This document shows positions 48,708-61,315 of a stretch of DNA of 64,000 nucleotides, piece after piece. The position numbers and the translations under genes are program-made. Source of the DNA: Pseudogymnoascus verrucosus (Eukaryota); the NCBI GenBank assembly GCA_001662655.1, contig KV460206.1. One strand, written 5' to 3'. The notes beneath the pieces were generated by a model, which was not told where the DNA came from, made no database searches, and saw only the letters and a list, made by a program, of their open reading frames with translations. Every line of letters begins with the position of its first letter. The first letter of the stretch is position 1.

Positions 48708-50604
48708 ATGTTAGACGCAGGGAAGAGCACGGAGAGGTTGCATAGTGGCAACTTGAGCTCCGGCGAGGATGGAGGAGTTGTGCAAAAAAAGAAGGGGGGG
48801 ATCCGGCCGATTTGTGAGTCGCTTGCTGCCTTTGGCGCGAATGCAAAAAGTCTAACATGATGCAGGGTATTGGATCGCAGGTGTCTTCGTGATACTGGCA
48901 ATTGCTGGGGCGGTCGTGGGAGCTCTTGTCGCGAAAGATGTGATTCACGTGGGATCTGGAAAATCAGCAGCTGCTGTCGGCGACACAGTTGGCGACACAA
49001 CGGAGACTGCTGGTTCGCCGAGCGAGACTTCTTCTCCTCCAGTCGAGAGCTCCGATGGCTCCGACTCGTCAGTCGACACTCCCTCCTCTTCCTCCACTTC
49101 TGGTACCGGCACTCCGACTTCATCTACAACCTCGGAGAAGTCGACAAGCAAACCAACAGCAACAGCCGCCTGCACAACTTCTGACGAGATTCCTTCAAAG
49201 GAGAAAGGCACATGGATGGACACAACGTCGTGGCTGGATATGACTGGCTTCAACTGCACATTTACGGATGCGACTGTGGGTGGCCTTCCCATCGTCGGCT
49301 TGAAATCGACGTGGGACGACTCCAAGCAAGCCAACGCAAACGTACCTGCATTGAACAAGCCATGGGGATCCTACGCCAGCAAACCTTTCCGCGGTGTTAG
49401 CTTGGGCGGGTGGCTCTCTCTCGAGCCCTTCATTACCCCCTCACTGTTTCCCGACACAAGTCTCGTCGACGAGTACAGCTTGTGCAAGAAGCTTGGCCCA
49501 AAGGAAGCTGCCAAGACATTGGAAAAACACTACTCCACCTTCATCACTGAAGACGACTTCAAGGCTATCGCCGCCGCGGGTCTGGATCACGTACGCATCC
49601 CATTCTCGTACTGGGCAGTAAAGACCTACGACGACGACCCATACGTGCAGGGTATCTCATGGCGCTACCTCCTCCGCGGCATCGAGTGGGCGCGTGCACA
49701 CGGCCTACGCGTGAAACTCGACCTACACGGTGCGCCTGGCAGCCAGAACGGGTGGAACCACAGCGGGAGGCAAGGGACGTTGGACTGGCTCGAGGGCCCG
49801 CACGGCGCTCTTAACGCCCAGCGGACGCTGGACATCCACGTGCAACTAGCCAAGTTCTTCTCCCAGGACCGCTACAAGAATATCATTGCCTTCTATGGCC
49901 TCATCAACGAACCTGCTCTTGCCCTCTCGCAGTCTGATCTCATCCTCTGGACGGAGAAGGCGTTCAAGGTCGTCAAGGACAACGGCTTCAGCGGCACCCA
50001 GGTCTTCAGCGAGTCGATGCGCGGCCTCGAGCCCTGGCAGGGCACCCTAACAGGATACGGCGATAAGCTCGCCATCGACGTCCACCAATACACCATCTTC
50101 GATAACGCCCTCACCGGCCTCAAGCACACCGAGCGCGTCAACTTCGCCTGCAAAGCCTGGACCCAAGCCTCAATCTCTGGCATGAACCCCGCCAGTGGCT
50201 TCGGACCCACCATGGTAGGCGAGTGGTCCCAGGCCGACACAGACTGCACCAAGTACCTCAACGGCGTCGGCAACGGCGCCCGCTGGACCGGAACCTTCTC
50301 CGGCACCACCACGCCCTACTGCCCCACTGGGGACAGCAAGTGCAGCTGCGATCTCGCGAACGCGGATGCGTCCTCCTACAGCAAGGAGTACAAGCTCTTC
50401 CTGCTGACGTGGGCGCAAGCCCAGATGTCCGCCTTTGAGAAGACGTGGGGATGGTTCTACTGGACCTGGAAGACGGAGAGCGCGCCGCAGTGGAGTTATC
50501 AGGCAGGGTTGGCGGGAGGGTTCATGCCGCCGCTGGCGTATCAGCGGAGTTGGGATTGTTCGAAGACGGTGCCTGATTTTGGGAGCCTGCCGGAATTTTA
50601 CTAG
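48708..50604 (+). CDS. Membrane-anchored GH5 glucan 1,3-beta-glucosidase (ExgD-like), 2 exons; 5' end uncertain
   Basis: GTGAGT..CTAAC..CAG intron leads into TM WYWIAGVFVILAIAGAVVG and an S/T linker. Motifs GGWLSLEPFITP, VRIP, DLHGAPGSQNG, INEP (acid/base), GEWS (nucleophile), WTWK. Confidence 0.9.
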
Positions 50605-50945
50605 AGCGAGCGAGCGGTGTCATATGAAGCGATATATTAGCGTATATATGAGAGGGATTTAGGTTGGGGGTTTATAAGGGGGGATTTAATACTTTACTTA
50701 ATGTCTAAAATTTGTAACTTTGTAAATGTCAGTTTGGCAACCCGCAACACTCGTTCTCTATATGAAATAGGCTTCTTTCATTTTTCATACTCGACACGCC
50801 ATAGTGAGGCTCATCACAAATTCTACATTAAAGCAATACTCATGATACTCATGACCCAAAACCCTTCAGATTGCACTTCGTCGTAAGTTACTAACGGGGC
50901 TTTCTGCCCTGGTCATTTGCGCAACCCCTACCCCCACAGCTGATT

Positions 50946-51816
50946 TCACTTCATCTCCCTCTCATATTTAAGATTCCGAGAAGCTATACCCGCAGCCAGA
51001 AGAGCGAAGGTGAAGATAAATTCCGGCAGGAGATCAAGAACTACCTTTTCTGCAATTGTCCCACCAGTCCTTAGATTAAATGACGCTGTTTTTATAAAAG
51101 CGCCTAATGTTGTGTAGAGAATCCGGACAACCATCGCCAACATGGCAACAACAACACCTCTAATGAGCTTTGCGATCTGTTAGCCAGAACCAAACCAACT
51201 ATGTGGTCTAATGGATACGTACTTGTTTCTCTCCACGTAAATCTCGAGGATAAAGAAACGAGACAGCCACAATAACAGCGATACCGAGCCACACAGCAAG
51301 GAGGAGTATGCCTCCCGCACGAACCATGTCTAATCTCGTCTTCATATCACTCGTGGTAGAAGCGATCTTCTCAAACTTGGTATACCCTAGAGCTATCATA
51401 GCGATTGCTGCTACACAGCCAAAATGAACCACAACGTGAGGGAGAAATCCGAATATGATTCGTCTGTGCGATTTGATAGAGGTGTATCTAGGTCAGCTGT
51501 TAGTTTATATAAGCTCAAGTGCTCTAGAGCAAGTTGTTCCATACGATTCATGTGCTATTCCACCGATAGAAATGATCAGAGGAGCAATGGCTACCGAGGC
51601 AATAATCAGCCCGGCCTCGCTGAGTGTCTTGTTTGTAGATTCATCGCTGACGATAATGGCGGCACCGACAATTCGTATGATGCAAAAGACACAGAGGAAA
51701 CCCCAGCCTAAGAGGCCATGCTGTCCGTGCTTGAAGAGGCAGTAGAGCGCGGGGAAAATGGCGATTATAAAGAAGGCCAATTGCGCAATAGCAATTTTTC
51801 CTGCTGTGTTGAACAT
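50946..51816 (-). CDS. Multi-pass fungal membrane protein (DUF7702/RTA1-like), 3 exons
   Basis: KHGQHGLLGWGFLCVFCIIRIVG, VRILY, LPEF. Two GT-AG introns keep the frame. Confidence 0.8.
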
Positions 51817-52143
51817 GGTGTGCGTGTGCGTAAAGATAGAAATATGTATAGAGAAAGGAGGCAATTGAATGGATGGTGCAGATGGAAGGGAGTTTGAGGG
51901 GGATATCTACCAGATGAGAACTTATAACAAAAATAAAAATAAAGCAGAATGCTTACGACTGCCTAAAAGCCACAGCGGATAACTAACCTTCAGCTGCATC
52001 TTCTAAAAATGTAGAAAATCTCCAAATGCGTGGCTGTGAGTGTATGTCAGGTTGGGAATGACCGAGAAGGGAAACCACAAGAGTGAAGATCTGCAACTAG
52101 GGTCGTAGGCAAAGGATTCGCTAATGCCGTGCCGATCTGACGC

Positions 52144-52166
52144 CAATACGCAATACGCAATGCGGA

Positions 52167-52199
<33 letters not shown>
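52144..52199. repeat. 7-bp tandem repeat x8 (CAATACG/GAATACG/GGATACG) in the divergent promoter
   Basis: caatacgcaatacgcaatgcggaatacggaatacgggatacgggatacgggatacg. Confidence 0.85.
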
Positions 52200-52310
52200 C
52201 TAACCAACGTATTATCCGTCGGACGTATTCCCTCATCATCATCGCATTTCTTATTATCAAACATTAAACAGGCACTCTGCGGTAGAAATACTCTCCCTAT
52301 TGTGCTAATA

Positions 52311-53717
52311 ATGCCACGACAAACCCGGAGAACACACACGAAATCTCGAGGAGGGTGTTCGGAGTGTAAGCGAAGGAAAATAAAGGTAGGCGGCACTCCG
52401 CTAATGACTTACCTGCTTTGCTTTGGGGCCCTTGCTAAACATGGCATAACAGTGTGACGAAGAGAAGCCCGCCTGTTCAGGCTGCACAAAACGCTGTATA
52501 CCATGCGAATTTGCTATAGCGAGGTCGCCAAGTGCTGGCAGGCGGCCAGGGTATTCTGGAACATCGCCTATGAGCCCGTCTGTATTATCATCCTGTGACG
52601 TGTCTACCCCTGGTTGCAATGGCAGTTCTGAGAAACTTGCATCACCTGGTCTACCTTCAAATGAAGCACCGAGCCCGTCGGCCACTACAAAGACTGTTGG
52701 GAATTTTGATATGGACGATATGGAGTTGGTATGCACACGCTTTTGTTATGCTGATAAAGAGAGTCTTCTATTTCTCCTAGTATTCCTATTAACACAAACG
52801 CTAATAACCAAACTCCATAGTATCACCAATTTATTACAGAAACAGCTGCAACAATGGGTGGTCCATGGGTGAAAGTAGTTCCTCGGTTGTCTATTTCCTG
52901 CGACTATCTGATGCACGGCATGTTATCCACAGCGGCATTACATCTTGCATACCTAAATCCAGGGCAACGAGGCAGGTACGAGTACTTGTCTACTCAACAC
53001 CGGACACTAGCACTCGGCCCGTTCCAACAGGACTTATTAAATATCACCCCAGAGAACTGTAACCAAGTGTTCGCCTTTTCCGGGTTTATGATAATAGCCC
53101 AGTTCGCACCATCTCGCTCTCCCGAGGCTCTCTTCCCATCTCCAACTTCTTCCTTATACAAAGGACCCGCAAATTGGATAGTTTGTCTCCGTGGATGTAG
53201 CTCTATCGTGACACAAGCAAGGCGATACATGATATCCGGACCACTTGAGGGTCTCATTTCGCAAGGCATGCAGGCATCAGCTCTCGCCAGAGAAGTTACC
53301 GTGTTCCCAGAAAATGAAGATTTTCGGAGCCTACAGCGCGTATCCGGGGAAGTTTTGAAATTACAGTGCATCAAGGAAACAACAACCGTGGATGAAATGG
53401 AATCGTACACAGAAGCAATTTCTTGGCTACAGGGATTACTTGCAGCATCTTTAGCTACTACCGATTCGCTCATCTCTCGAATATTCTCTTCTATTTGGCC
53501 AACGCAAGTATCAGACACGTTTATTCGAACGCTAGGCGAGGGAAGACCACCAGCGCTTATTATCACTGCGCACTATTGCCTTCTATTGCAACGCTGTTAC
53601 TCGTGCTGGTATATGGAGCATCGTGCTTACGACTTGTTCAAGGCTATCCAACAGGACTTGCCTGCGGAATGGGGCCCCTACGTGGAGCGGATGGTACAGG
53701 TGATTCAAAATAAGTGA
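52311..53717 (+). CDS. Zn(II)2Cys6 transcription factor, Upc2/Ecm22-like, 3 exons (52311-52385, 52453-52728, 52821-53717)
   Basis: RRTHTKSRGGCSECKRRKIK|CDEEKPACSGCTKRCIPC. DDMEL|YHQF, YLMHGMLSTAALHLA, LRGC, ALIITAHY. Confidence 0.88.
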
Positions 53718-54312
53718 TTAGAAAACTTCAATAATTAAGTAGAGCTGGAACTCTGAATAGTTAGATATTAGCGTCCGGGGGGTTGGCACTGTTGACGCTT
53801 ATATGGTATGGTAACAAGTTGATAATATGAGACACACGACACACATCCACAAAAGTCCTACGATAGTCAGCACGCGCGCTCTAAAATTATATCCACTGCT
53901 TTATTTTATCTATGCACTATAACGTCATAATAGTCACCCGAAAACAACTGGCCACAACGCTGAAACAACAGGGTAATGATAAGCTCTCTCTTGTTCTGAG
54001 CGGGGCTGAACTCATCACGTATCCCGTATCTCGTATCGCGCATTGCCTCCGTTACGCGTGCATCACGGATCCTACCAGGCGCAGCTTATCCCGTTGTCAC
54101 ATTAATGAGCTGTGCAAAAACAATTCTTTGTGGGTATTCAAAGTGAGAGGATTAGATTTAATATATATATGTCTATATCCTTCGAAATATATCTCAGCAT
54201 CAACACGTCAACCTCACCCACACAAACGCCAACCTGCCCATCTCTCATCCGCAGACTCTCAGATTAAACCCCCTTCCTCGCACACCTAAATCGCACCTAC
54301 CTATCATTTACT

Positions 54313-54699
54313 ATGGGATTGATCAAGACTGCAATTCTGACCGGCGGTGGCATATATGCCATCAAAAAAGTCACCAAATCCGCCGAGAACCGTCATAACA
54401 CACAGCAACCCCAACCCGACTACTCTCGTCAGAATCCAAATTATCCTCAAGGATACGAGGGGTTTCAAGGCTCGCCACAAAATGGTTCTTCTCAACAAGG
54501 TCCCTACTACGGTGGCAACCAACAGCAATACCCAGGGGGATCCTCCTGCAACCACGAGCAACATGATCAGAGTTTCGCTCGTGGCTATAGTGGCCAAATC
54601 ACCCCGCCGGCTTATACCCAGCAGCCACAAGGTTACAATGGGGGACCAGTAGGCAATTCCGGTGGTAGCGATCGGAATTACAAGTCTGAAAAGAGATAG
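54313..54699 (+). CDS. Small protein: N-terminal hydrophobic/basic helix plus Q/G/Y/N/P-rich low-complexity tail
   Basis: MGLIKTAILTGGGIYAIKKVTK followed by QQGPYYGGNQQQYPGG..PPAY. TATA box at ~54162 and a CT-rich leader. Confidence 0.7.
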   Translation: MGLIKTAILTGGGIYAIKKVTKSAENRHNTQQPQPDYSRQNPNYPQGYEGFQGSPQNGSSQQGPYYGGNQQQYPGGSSCNHEQHDQSFARGYSGQITPPAYTQQPQGYNGGPVGNSGGSDRNYKSEKR

Positions 54700-55139
54700 A
54701 TAAGCGCATAGATTATTCTAGAAATGAGGGATGGGCTGTCTACTGTTTCTGTAGCTAGGTTACTATGGTTTGTTCTCTACAGTCTCGGGGGTTATGTTAT
54801 TGTTGCAATATTAGGTCCGGGGGTATCTTATATGATTAGAGATATCAAAACATTATACTTGATTTAGCAGAACAGATGTGTAGGAACTTGATGTAATAGA
54901 CTATATAATTTGGTTTGGCCTTAAATAGAGATAAAGGCTAAGACTATATATAGGTAAGTTAGCTATTCTTACTTTAGCTAACCTAACTATAGATTTATGA
55001 CAGGGGTTATGACAGGGGTAGTCTTATAATTAGATTCGCGTACCTTCTTCAAGATTATCTAGACCGACTCTCCCTCCCAAGATATTAGATAGACTATCTC
55101 CTACTGCACCTTAACAATATATTATCACAGGGCCCTTAG

Positions 55140-57050
55140 ATGGCTGCACTCTACCGCGCTCTCGGCCTTGGTCGACGGGAGATCCGCCTATTAAAGCTAC
55201 TCAAATCGGATTCCTTCGACTCCCCCATCCGCGGTAGGCTCGTGCACACCACGCTCGATGACCACGAGCCTTACGAGACCATATCGTACGTCTGGGGCGT
55301 CCCTAAATTTACACAGACCATCGAGCTGGAATCGCAGCCGTTTGGGGTCACGCCGCACCTGGAGAACGGGCTTCGGCATTTGCGCCTCGCCTCTAAGGAT
55401 AGGACGATCTGGGTCGACGCCGTGTGTATCAACCAGAGCGACGATGTGGAGCGCGGCGAGCAGGTCATGTTGATGAAGCAGATCTACGAGTCTTGTACGG
55501 GAAATCTGGTTTGGCTCCATCCTATGGTTCCCACGCCCTCCAATGTATCTGAGGGCGAGAATCAAGGTGAGGAGGTAGATGAAGAGAAGAGACAGCAGCA
55601 GATGGCTAAAACGCTCGCGACCATGGAGGAGGGCTTGGATTTGTTTAGTAGTATTTACACGCGTGACATCAAGTCTCTCGAGCCGATGCGTCACAAGAGG
55701 GGAGAGGTTAGTTTTTGGGAAACCACGAGCGACAAGCCAGGCGACGACGTGTGGCTCCTAGAGTACGAGCAAATGGACTCCCTGCAGACGCTTTTTACCT
55801 ACTCCTTGCTATGGTCGCGCATATGGGTGATGCAGGAACTCGCATGCGCGCCGCGGATCACCCTCGTCATCGGGAAGCGGACGCTGGATTGGGATATGCT
55901 CGACTCGTTTCTCGGAGACGCGGAGTACTCCGATGCGTTTCATATGGAATGGGGACACGGCACTGTGGGACCCATGGCTGGTCAGACATTCAGCAAGGTC
56001 AAGACTATTCAGAACCAGCGCACCATGACGCAGGCGGGGCAACGGTCAAGCTTAATGGATGTCCTGGCGCGCTTCAAGGGTTCCAGGTCCACAGACCCAC
56101 GGGACAAGATCTATGGCCTCCTCGGCCTCACCTCGCAAAGCCGCGAGATGAAGGTCGATTACCGCAAGTCGGTCGCGGAGGTTTTCACTGAAGCAACCAC
56201 CAACGAGATCAATGGGAGCGAGAACCTAGACATCATCACCCAGAACCCATTTCAAGGGAACGACTCTACCGAGCGACTGGCCGGCCTCCCGTCCTGGGTC
56301 CCTGATTTTTCGTGCAACATGTACGACGACTACTCCAATCAGTACTCTAGCATCCTTTTTGCGCAGCGGGGGATCTACAGTGCTGGGAGTGCAGAATGCA
56401 AAGTCCCCTGCGACGACGTCCTACCCGGTCGTGTGTTACGCCTCCACGGAACGGTCATCGGTCGCGTGGGACCCATATTATTTAATGACTGGGAACAATC
56501 GTACGACGTGAAGCCTGGATGGCAACTCCAGAATCTCTACGCGTATAAGAAGCTCTATCTCAGCCCCGACGTCTTAGACTCGTCGGCGACGTACGTAAAT
56601 GGGGAGCCCGAATTACAGGCGTTCTGGAGGACTTTGGCAGGTGACTGCGTCGCGTACCCTATAGAGCGACTAGACCAGACACAAATCGCCGAGGACGGCA
56701 AGGCGATTCGAGAGCTTATGCGGCAGCCGTTGACGGAGGAGTCGCGGTGGTATACGTTCTATAAAGATCTGGCCTCGGGGCGGATGATGGATAAGATGTT
56801 TATGCGGTGGATGTTCACGAAGGCGGATAATGGGCTCTTTTTGATGGTGAAGGAGGGAGCGAAGGAAGGGGATGTTATTGTGGTTGTGGATGGTGGAAAA
56901 GTTCCGCTATTGCTACGTAAAGTGGAGGATGGTGAGGGAGGCGGGTATACTGTTGTCAACGCTGCTTATGTGCATGGTTTCATGGATGGGGAGGCAAGGA
57001 CCTGGGTGGAGGAGGGGAAACTGACTGAGCAGGATTTCCTAGTCGTGTGA
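55140..57050 (+). CDS. HET-domain (HET-6-like) heterokaryon incompatibility protein
   Basis: EIRLL, YETISYVWG, IWVDAVCINQ, QVMLMKQIY, WSRIWVMQEL, STDPRDKIYGLLG, LPSWVPDF, AYVHGFMDGE. Confidence 0.92.
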   Translation: MAALYRALGLGRREIRLLKLLKSDSFDSPIRGRLVHTTLDDHEPYETISYVWGVPKFTQTIELESQPFGVTPHLENGLRHLRLASKDRTIWVDAVCINQSDDVERGEQVMLMKQIYESCTGNLVWLHPMVPTPSNVSEGENQGEEVDEEKRQQQMAKTLATMEEGLDLFSSIYTRDIKSLEPMRHKRGEVSFWETTSDKPGDDVWLLEYEQMDSLQTLFTYSLLWSRIWVMQELACAPRITLVIGKRTLDWDMLDSFLGDAEYSDAFHMEWGHGTVGPMAGQTFSKVKTIQNQRTMTQAGQRSSLMDVLARFKGSRSTDPRDKIYGLLGLTSQSREMKVDYRKSVAEVFTEATTNEINGSENLDIITQNPFQGNDSTERLAGLPSWVPDFSCNMYDDYSNQYSSILFAQRGIYSAGSAECKVPCDDVLPGRVLRLHGTVIGRVGPILFNDWEQSYDVKPGWQLQNLYAYKKLYLSPDVLDSSATYVNGEPELQAFWRTLAGDCVAYPIERLDQTQIAEDGKAIRELMRQPLTEESRWYTFYKDLASGRMMDKMFMRWMFTKADNGLFLMVKEGAKEGDVIVVVDGGKVPLLLRKVEDGEGGGYTVVNAAYVHGFMDGEARTWVEEGKLTEQDFLVV

Positions 57051-57572
57051 AATGATTGCAATGGTGAATAAAGATATTATAAGTCGAACCTCTAGATTTT
57101 TTATGAGAAACAAACACATTTTTAGCAGCTGTAAGAGCCGTCGTCGTCATATGTCGCAGTACTCATATACACACTCATAATAGCCGTAATGCTAACTAAA
57201 ATTGTCATAACCCACATGAGAACGATCAATTGTACGTCTTCCAGTCTCAGCTATGATAAAACGTGCTCATGCCAATTTGCGGAAGAATTTCTTGTAGGGT
57301 GTATGATACCGTAGACCTAAGAGGACCCGGCCCAGATTGACACGCACTTTAGCTGTCGATCGGTGGTCTAAACAGCTCAGTCCTAGTATGTAGGCTCGGT
57401 AAGTATGGCTATCTCGAGATTTTCAAATCGATTGATAACCATTCTTAAGCCATCACCGTTTGTCTAAAACTTGCTATGGTATCATCTGCTAAAGGAGCTG
57501 GGAGCGAGACTTTAGGTGGATCTACTAGGAACGAACCTCGGTAACACAATTGATATGGCTGACACCGAGACT

Positions 57573-58853
57573 TCAAGTGACGTTTAATTCCTGCTGGCTA
57601 TCGTTGTTGTTGATCTGGACCCGATACGTTCTCTCAACTCTAATATCCTCCGCGAGCGACATGTCTTCCCAGTTCTTGTTCCCGTCGTAATTCTCCGTGA
57701 GGTTAGCCTTGGAAACGGTGGTTTCACTTGCGACGTTTCGCCTGAAGCCGTCGAGCTGGAATGCATCCTTTGATGGGACCCCAGAGTCCCCAGTGTGTCG
57801 CAGATACGAGTTTCGCGAGTCCTTTGAGGTATATCCTAGCTGGCGGCGAAGGAGGCTAATCAAAGGCCTCAGAGTTGGCGTGGAGCCGCAAACGATGACG
57901 AGGAAGAACTCTGCCGTAACCCATGCGAATATATCGTAAGTAGCCCAGGTGAAATCTGTACGGTTGCCAAGCTCGGAGAGGTACGAGGTTTTAATGCCAG
58001 AGCATATTGAAGTGCTATAATATAGATTAGCGGCCGTCGCCGTGCAGGATTGCAATTGAGTTTGTGCATACAGGATGTTTAGGGCAAACACAATTGTTAA
58101 CGTCATCTTCTCTTGGAAGCCCATCTGAAGAGTCCAAAAAATAGTTGCAGGAATCAAGGATAAGCTAGCGTCGACGAAAGTGTTGTATGCTATAATCATA
58201 TTAGCTTTGGGGACCTCTGCCTTTGCATGATAAAACTCGACGCACCTCCAGTGAAGATGCCAAAGCTAGCCATGACGGTAGGCTTTATGCAAGTACCCTC
58301 AACCCTAGAATCCCATAAAGCAGCCGCTGGGCGACATTGCGCAAAGGTAAGAATCGAGCATGAAACGCTGACACAAAGGACCAAAACAATGCAGAACGTC
58401 CACAGATAGATCTTCTGCCATGCCCGTTGTGTGTCCCTTATGATTGTGAGAATCAAGGCGGAAACAGAAACTTTGCCTGCCCCGATGCCGATGATACCGA
58501 AGACTTGCGATGTCCAGTTCAGCAACTGGACCTGCGCAACGATGTCTGGCCCGAGGGCTCCCACATCGGCCATATGTCTCTCCCCGCCTTTCAGACAAAG
58601 AAGTGTAAGAGAGATGGTCCACCCGAAGAAACAAATCTGCCTAGGTTAGCAATTGAGACTCCATGGTGAGGGGAGGACGGACCATCGAGATGAACATGAA
58701 GAGATCATCATAGCCGATGATAGATTTTTGTGCGCGGAAGATAAACCTCATAACAACCGTAATACTGGCCAAAATTGTCATAACCCACATGAGGACCATC
58801 AATTGTACGCCACGATCTGGCACAGATGCGGTCGAAGCTGCCATTTCAGCCAT
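57573..58853 (-). CDS. PTH11-like (rhodopsin-domain) integral membrane protein without CFEM, 4 exons
   Basis: VVMRF..IGYDD, GKVSVSAL, FAQCRP..LWD....C, DASLSLIP, EFFLVIVCGSTPTLRPL. Three GT-AG introns in frame. Confidence 0.88.
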
Positions 58854-59482
58854 TTATTGTGGCATAGAGTCGAGGCAGAAGAAGCTAACAATGGAACTGA
58901 ATAGTTGCTCATGTCGCTAGCAACTGACAGTAGCACAGGTGTGACCTTTAAACTCTTATGGGCCGCCCAACTGTTACTATCCACCCCCCCTGTATGATTG
59001 TAATGACCCGCAAAGGTATTGCCAGAGCTTGGCAGGATCACTCACTAAACCTGAACGCTATGCCGCCTAACTTGGGTGCGCTGAAGCAGTAAAAACAGTG
59101 GATCATTATAATCATATAGGGGGGGGGGGATAGTATTCCGCAGCGGGATTTCCGTAAGGATCCGCGAAACTAGATCTGGTGGATTCGGGATTCGATTTTA
59201 ATCTCGGTTCGGCCCATCCCTGACATTTCACAACAGAACTGGGGTCTGCGATCAGGGTGGGATTAGGTCTTCCCCTGGCCGGAACACGGAAACGCGTGTC
59301 CGCCTGATATAGTGGGTATAGGTGCGATGCCCCCCTCCCCAAAAAGGCGTATTTAGATGCGGGTTGGCCTCAAGTTATCTCCTAGACTTCTGCAAATCAT
59401 CTTCACTCGTACTCATTACGGAGGAAAGATCTACGACTAAATATTGCCAAAAAACGCGCTATCGAGGCTTGGGCGAATCAAA

Positions 59483-60902
59483 ATGGATCCCATTGCAAAC
59501 CCAGATCTCCTCATCCAGCAGCTAAAGGCGCTGATTGCGAACCCGGAAGTTTTTTCCACTCAAGGGACGGAGATCATTCAATTGAGCCGCCAAGCTGCTG
59601 TTGCGTTGGAGGGCCCCTTTGAGACATTCCAACGACTAGCATACTCAGTTTGTTTCACTGTCCTAGGATCTTGCATTGACTTATCCATTATAGGCCCTTC
59701 CCCTCGTGTCAGCTCGCGTCGCACAGGAACACAACATATTCCAAACCCTAGTCGAGAACAAGGATGAGCCAACCAGCGTCGCCGTCCTGGCAGAGAAGAC
59801 CAACATCAACCCTGTCGTTCTAGATATCCTCCTCGACTATCTGTCAACCCAGTTCATGGTAGAAGAGGTCTCGCCACAGCACTACAAGGCCACCAAGCTC
59901 TCTAACATCCTAGTTGCACCCCTTTTCATAGACGGTGTCCTTCACTTGTATCCACGCCCTCCAAACTCCAAAGTTTACGTTTCTGTCTAACCCCTTGCCC
60001 TAGCCACGATAATTGCCTCCCTGCTTTCAATGCTCTAAACTATTCTCTCGCCCACCCAACTGATCCACGGACCCCATTCGAGATCGGCCATGATAGCCCC
60101 GTCGATTTCTACACCTATCTCGAGTCCCACCCGATCCAGGGTGCCGCGTTCCATAGGTTTATGGAGGCCCAGTTCGCATCTCTCCCCACATGGCTCGATG
60201 TCCTCCCGTTCGACTCTGAGTATGCCGCTTCAACTACCCCCGAGACCCCAACCTTCGTTGATGTAGGCGGCGGAAATGGCCAGCAATGCGTGGCGCTCCA
60301 GAAGAAGTATCCAGCCCTCCAGGGTCGCATCATCCTCCAGGACCGGCCGGCCATCCTCGAAAAAGCAATCACCCCTGATAGCGTCGAGAGAATGCCTTAT
60401 GACTATCTGGTTGAGCAACCAGTTAAAGGTGTGTCTTAATTCCCCTTCTACGTTCTTTCCAGGTCGCCAGACTTTTCTCCTGTCTATGTCTTCTTATCCA
60501 CATAATCCCTTAGTCTCTTCTATCCCTCGTCCCCCCTTTCCCCTTCCCACTCCCCACCCATCTAACCCATCCCTAGGCGCCCGCGCCTACTACTTCCGCC
60601 AAATCTTCCACAACAACAACGACGAGACCTGCCACCTCATCCTCGCCGCCCACCTCCCAGCCCTCTCTCCCTCCTCTGTCATCCTCATCGACGACAAGGT
60701 TCTCCCCGACGCGAAACCCGCAACGGGGAGCGTAGAGTACACGGCCGGCCTGAGCCTCGCTATGAAGGCCATGTTCAACGCGCTTGAGCGCCGTGAGGGC
60801 CAGTGGCGGACGCTACTGGCAGATGCGGGGCTTGAGATTAGGGAGATTAGACGATACACTGATTTTGGGGACTCGATTATTGTGGCGGGGAGGAAGGCAT
60901 AG
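59483..60902 (+). CDS. SAM-dependent O-methyltransferase (Methyltransf_2), 4 exons (59483-59647, 59694-59947, 60004-60428, 60577-60902)
   Basis: FVDVGGGNG, ILQDRP, QPVKGARAYYFRQIFH, ERREGQWRTLL. Confidence 0.92.
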
Positions 60903-60999
60903 AGGGGGTGTGTAGTGCTGCATTGGGAGGTTAGATTTGGGATACCAAACAGGCATTTCAAGTGGGTGATTTGCGTGCTTTCCGTTTTCCCGACGTATC

Positions 61000-61140
61000 G
61001 TAACAACCGTCATGCTAGCCAAAATTGTCATAACCCACATGAGAACTATCTATCAATTGTACGCCACGATCTGGCACAGATCCGCTGAAGCCACCACAGA
61101 AGAAGATGAGAATAGAACTGACCAGTTACCCATGTCACCG
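61000..61140 (-). pseudogene. Decayed copy of the 5' end of the PTH11-like gene
   Basis: Near-identical to 58749-58830 (GCCAAAATTGTCATAACCCACATGAG..ATCAATTGTACGCCACGATCTGGCACAGAT) with a 4-bp TATC duplication that shifts the frame. Confidence 0.75.
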
Positions 61141-61193
61141 ACAACTAGAGCATTATAGTTGTTTTTGGTATCCATGATAAGAAAAAAAAAATC

Positions 61194-61315
61194 TGAACAG
61201 AGGGGGATTCGAACCCCCGAATCTTTCGATACGTGAATGCACTAGGCGTTGATAATCGACCAGAAGAATTGTAAGTTCTTGAGTCACGCGCCTTAGACCG
61301 CTCGGCCATCTGTCC
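61194..61315 (-). tRNA. tRNA-Leu: tRNA-Leu(CAA) with a ~40-nt intron
   Basis: GGACAGA/TCTGTTC acceptor stem, TGGCCGAGCGGTCTAAGGC D-arm, CGTGA-CTCAAG-intron-TTCACG anticodon arm, long variable arm, GGTTCGAATCC T-loop, downstream T10 terminator. Confidence 0.95.
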
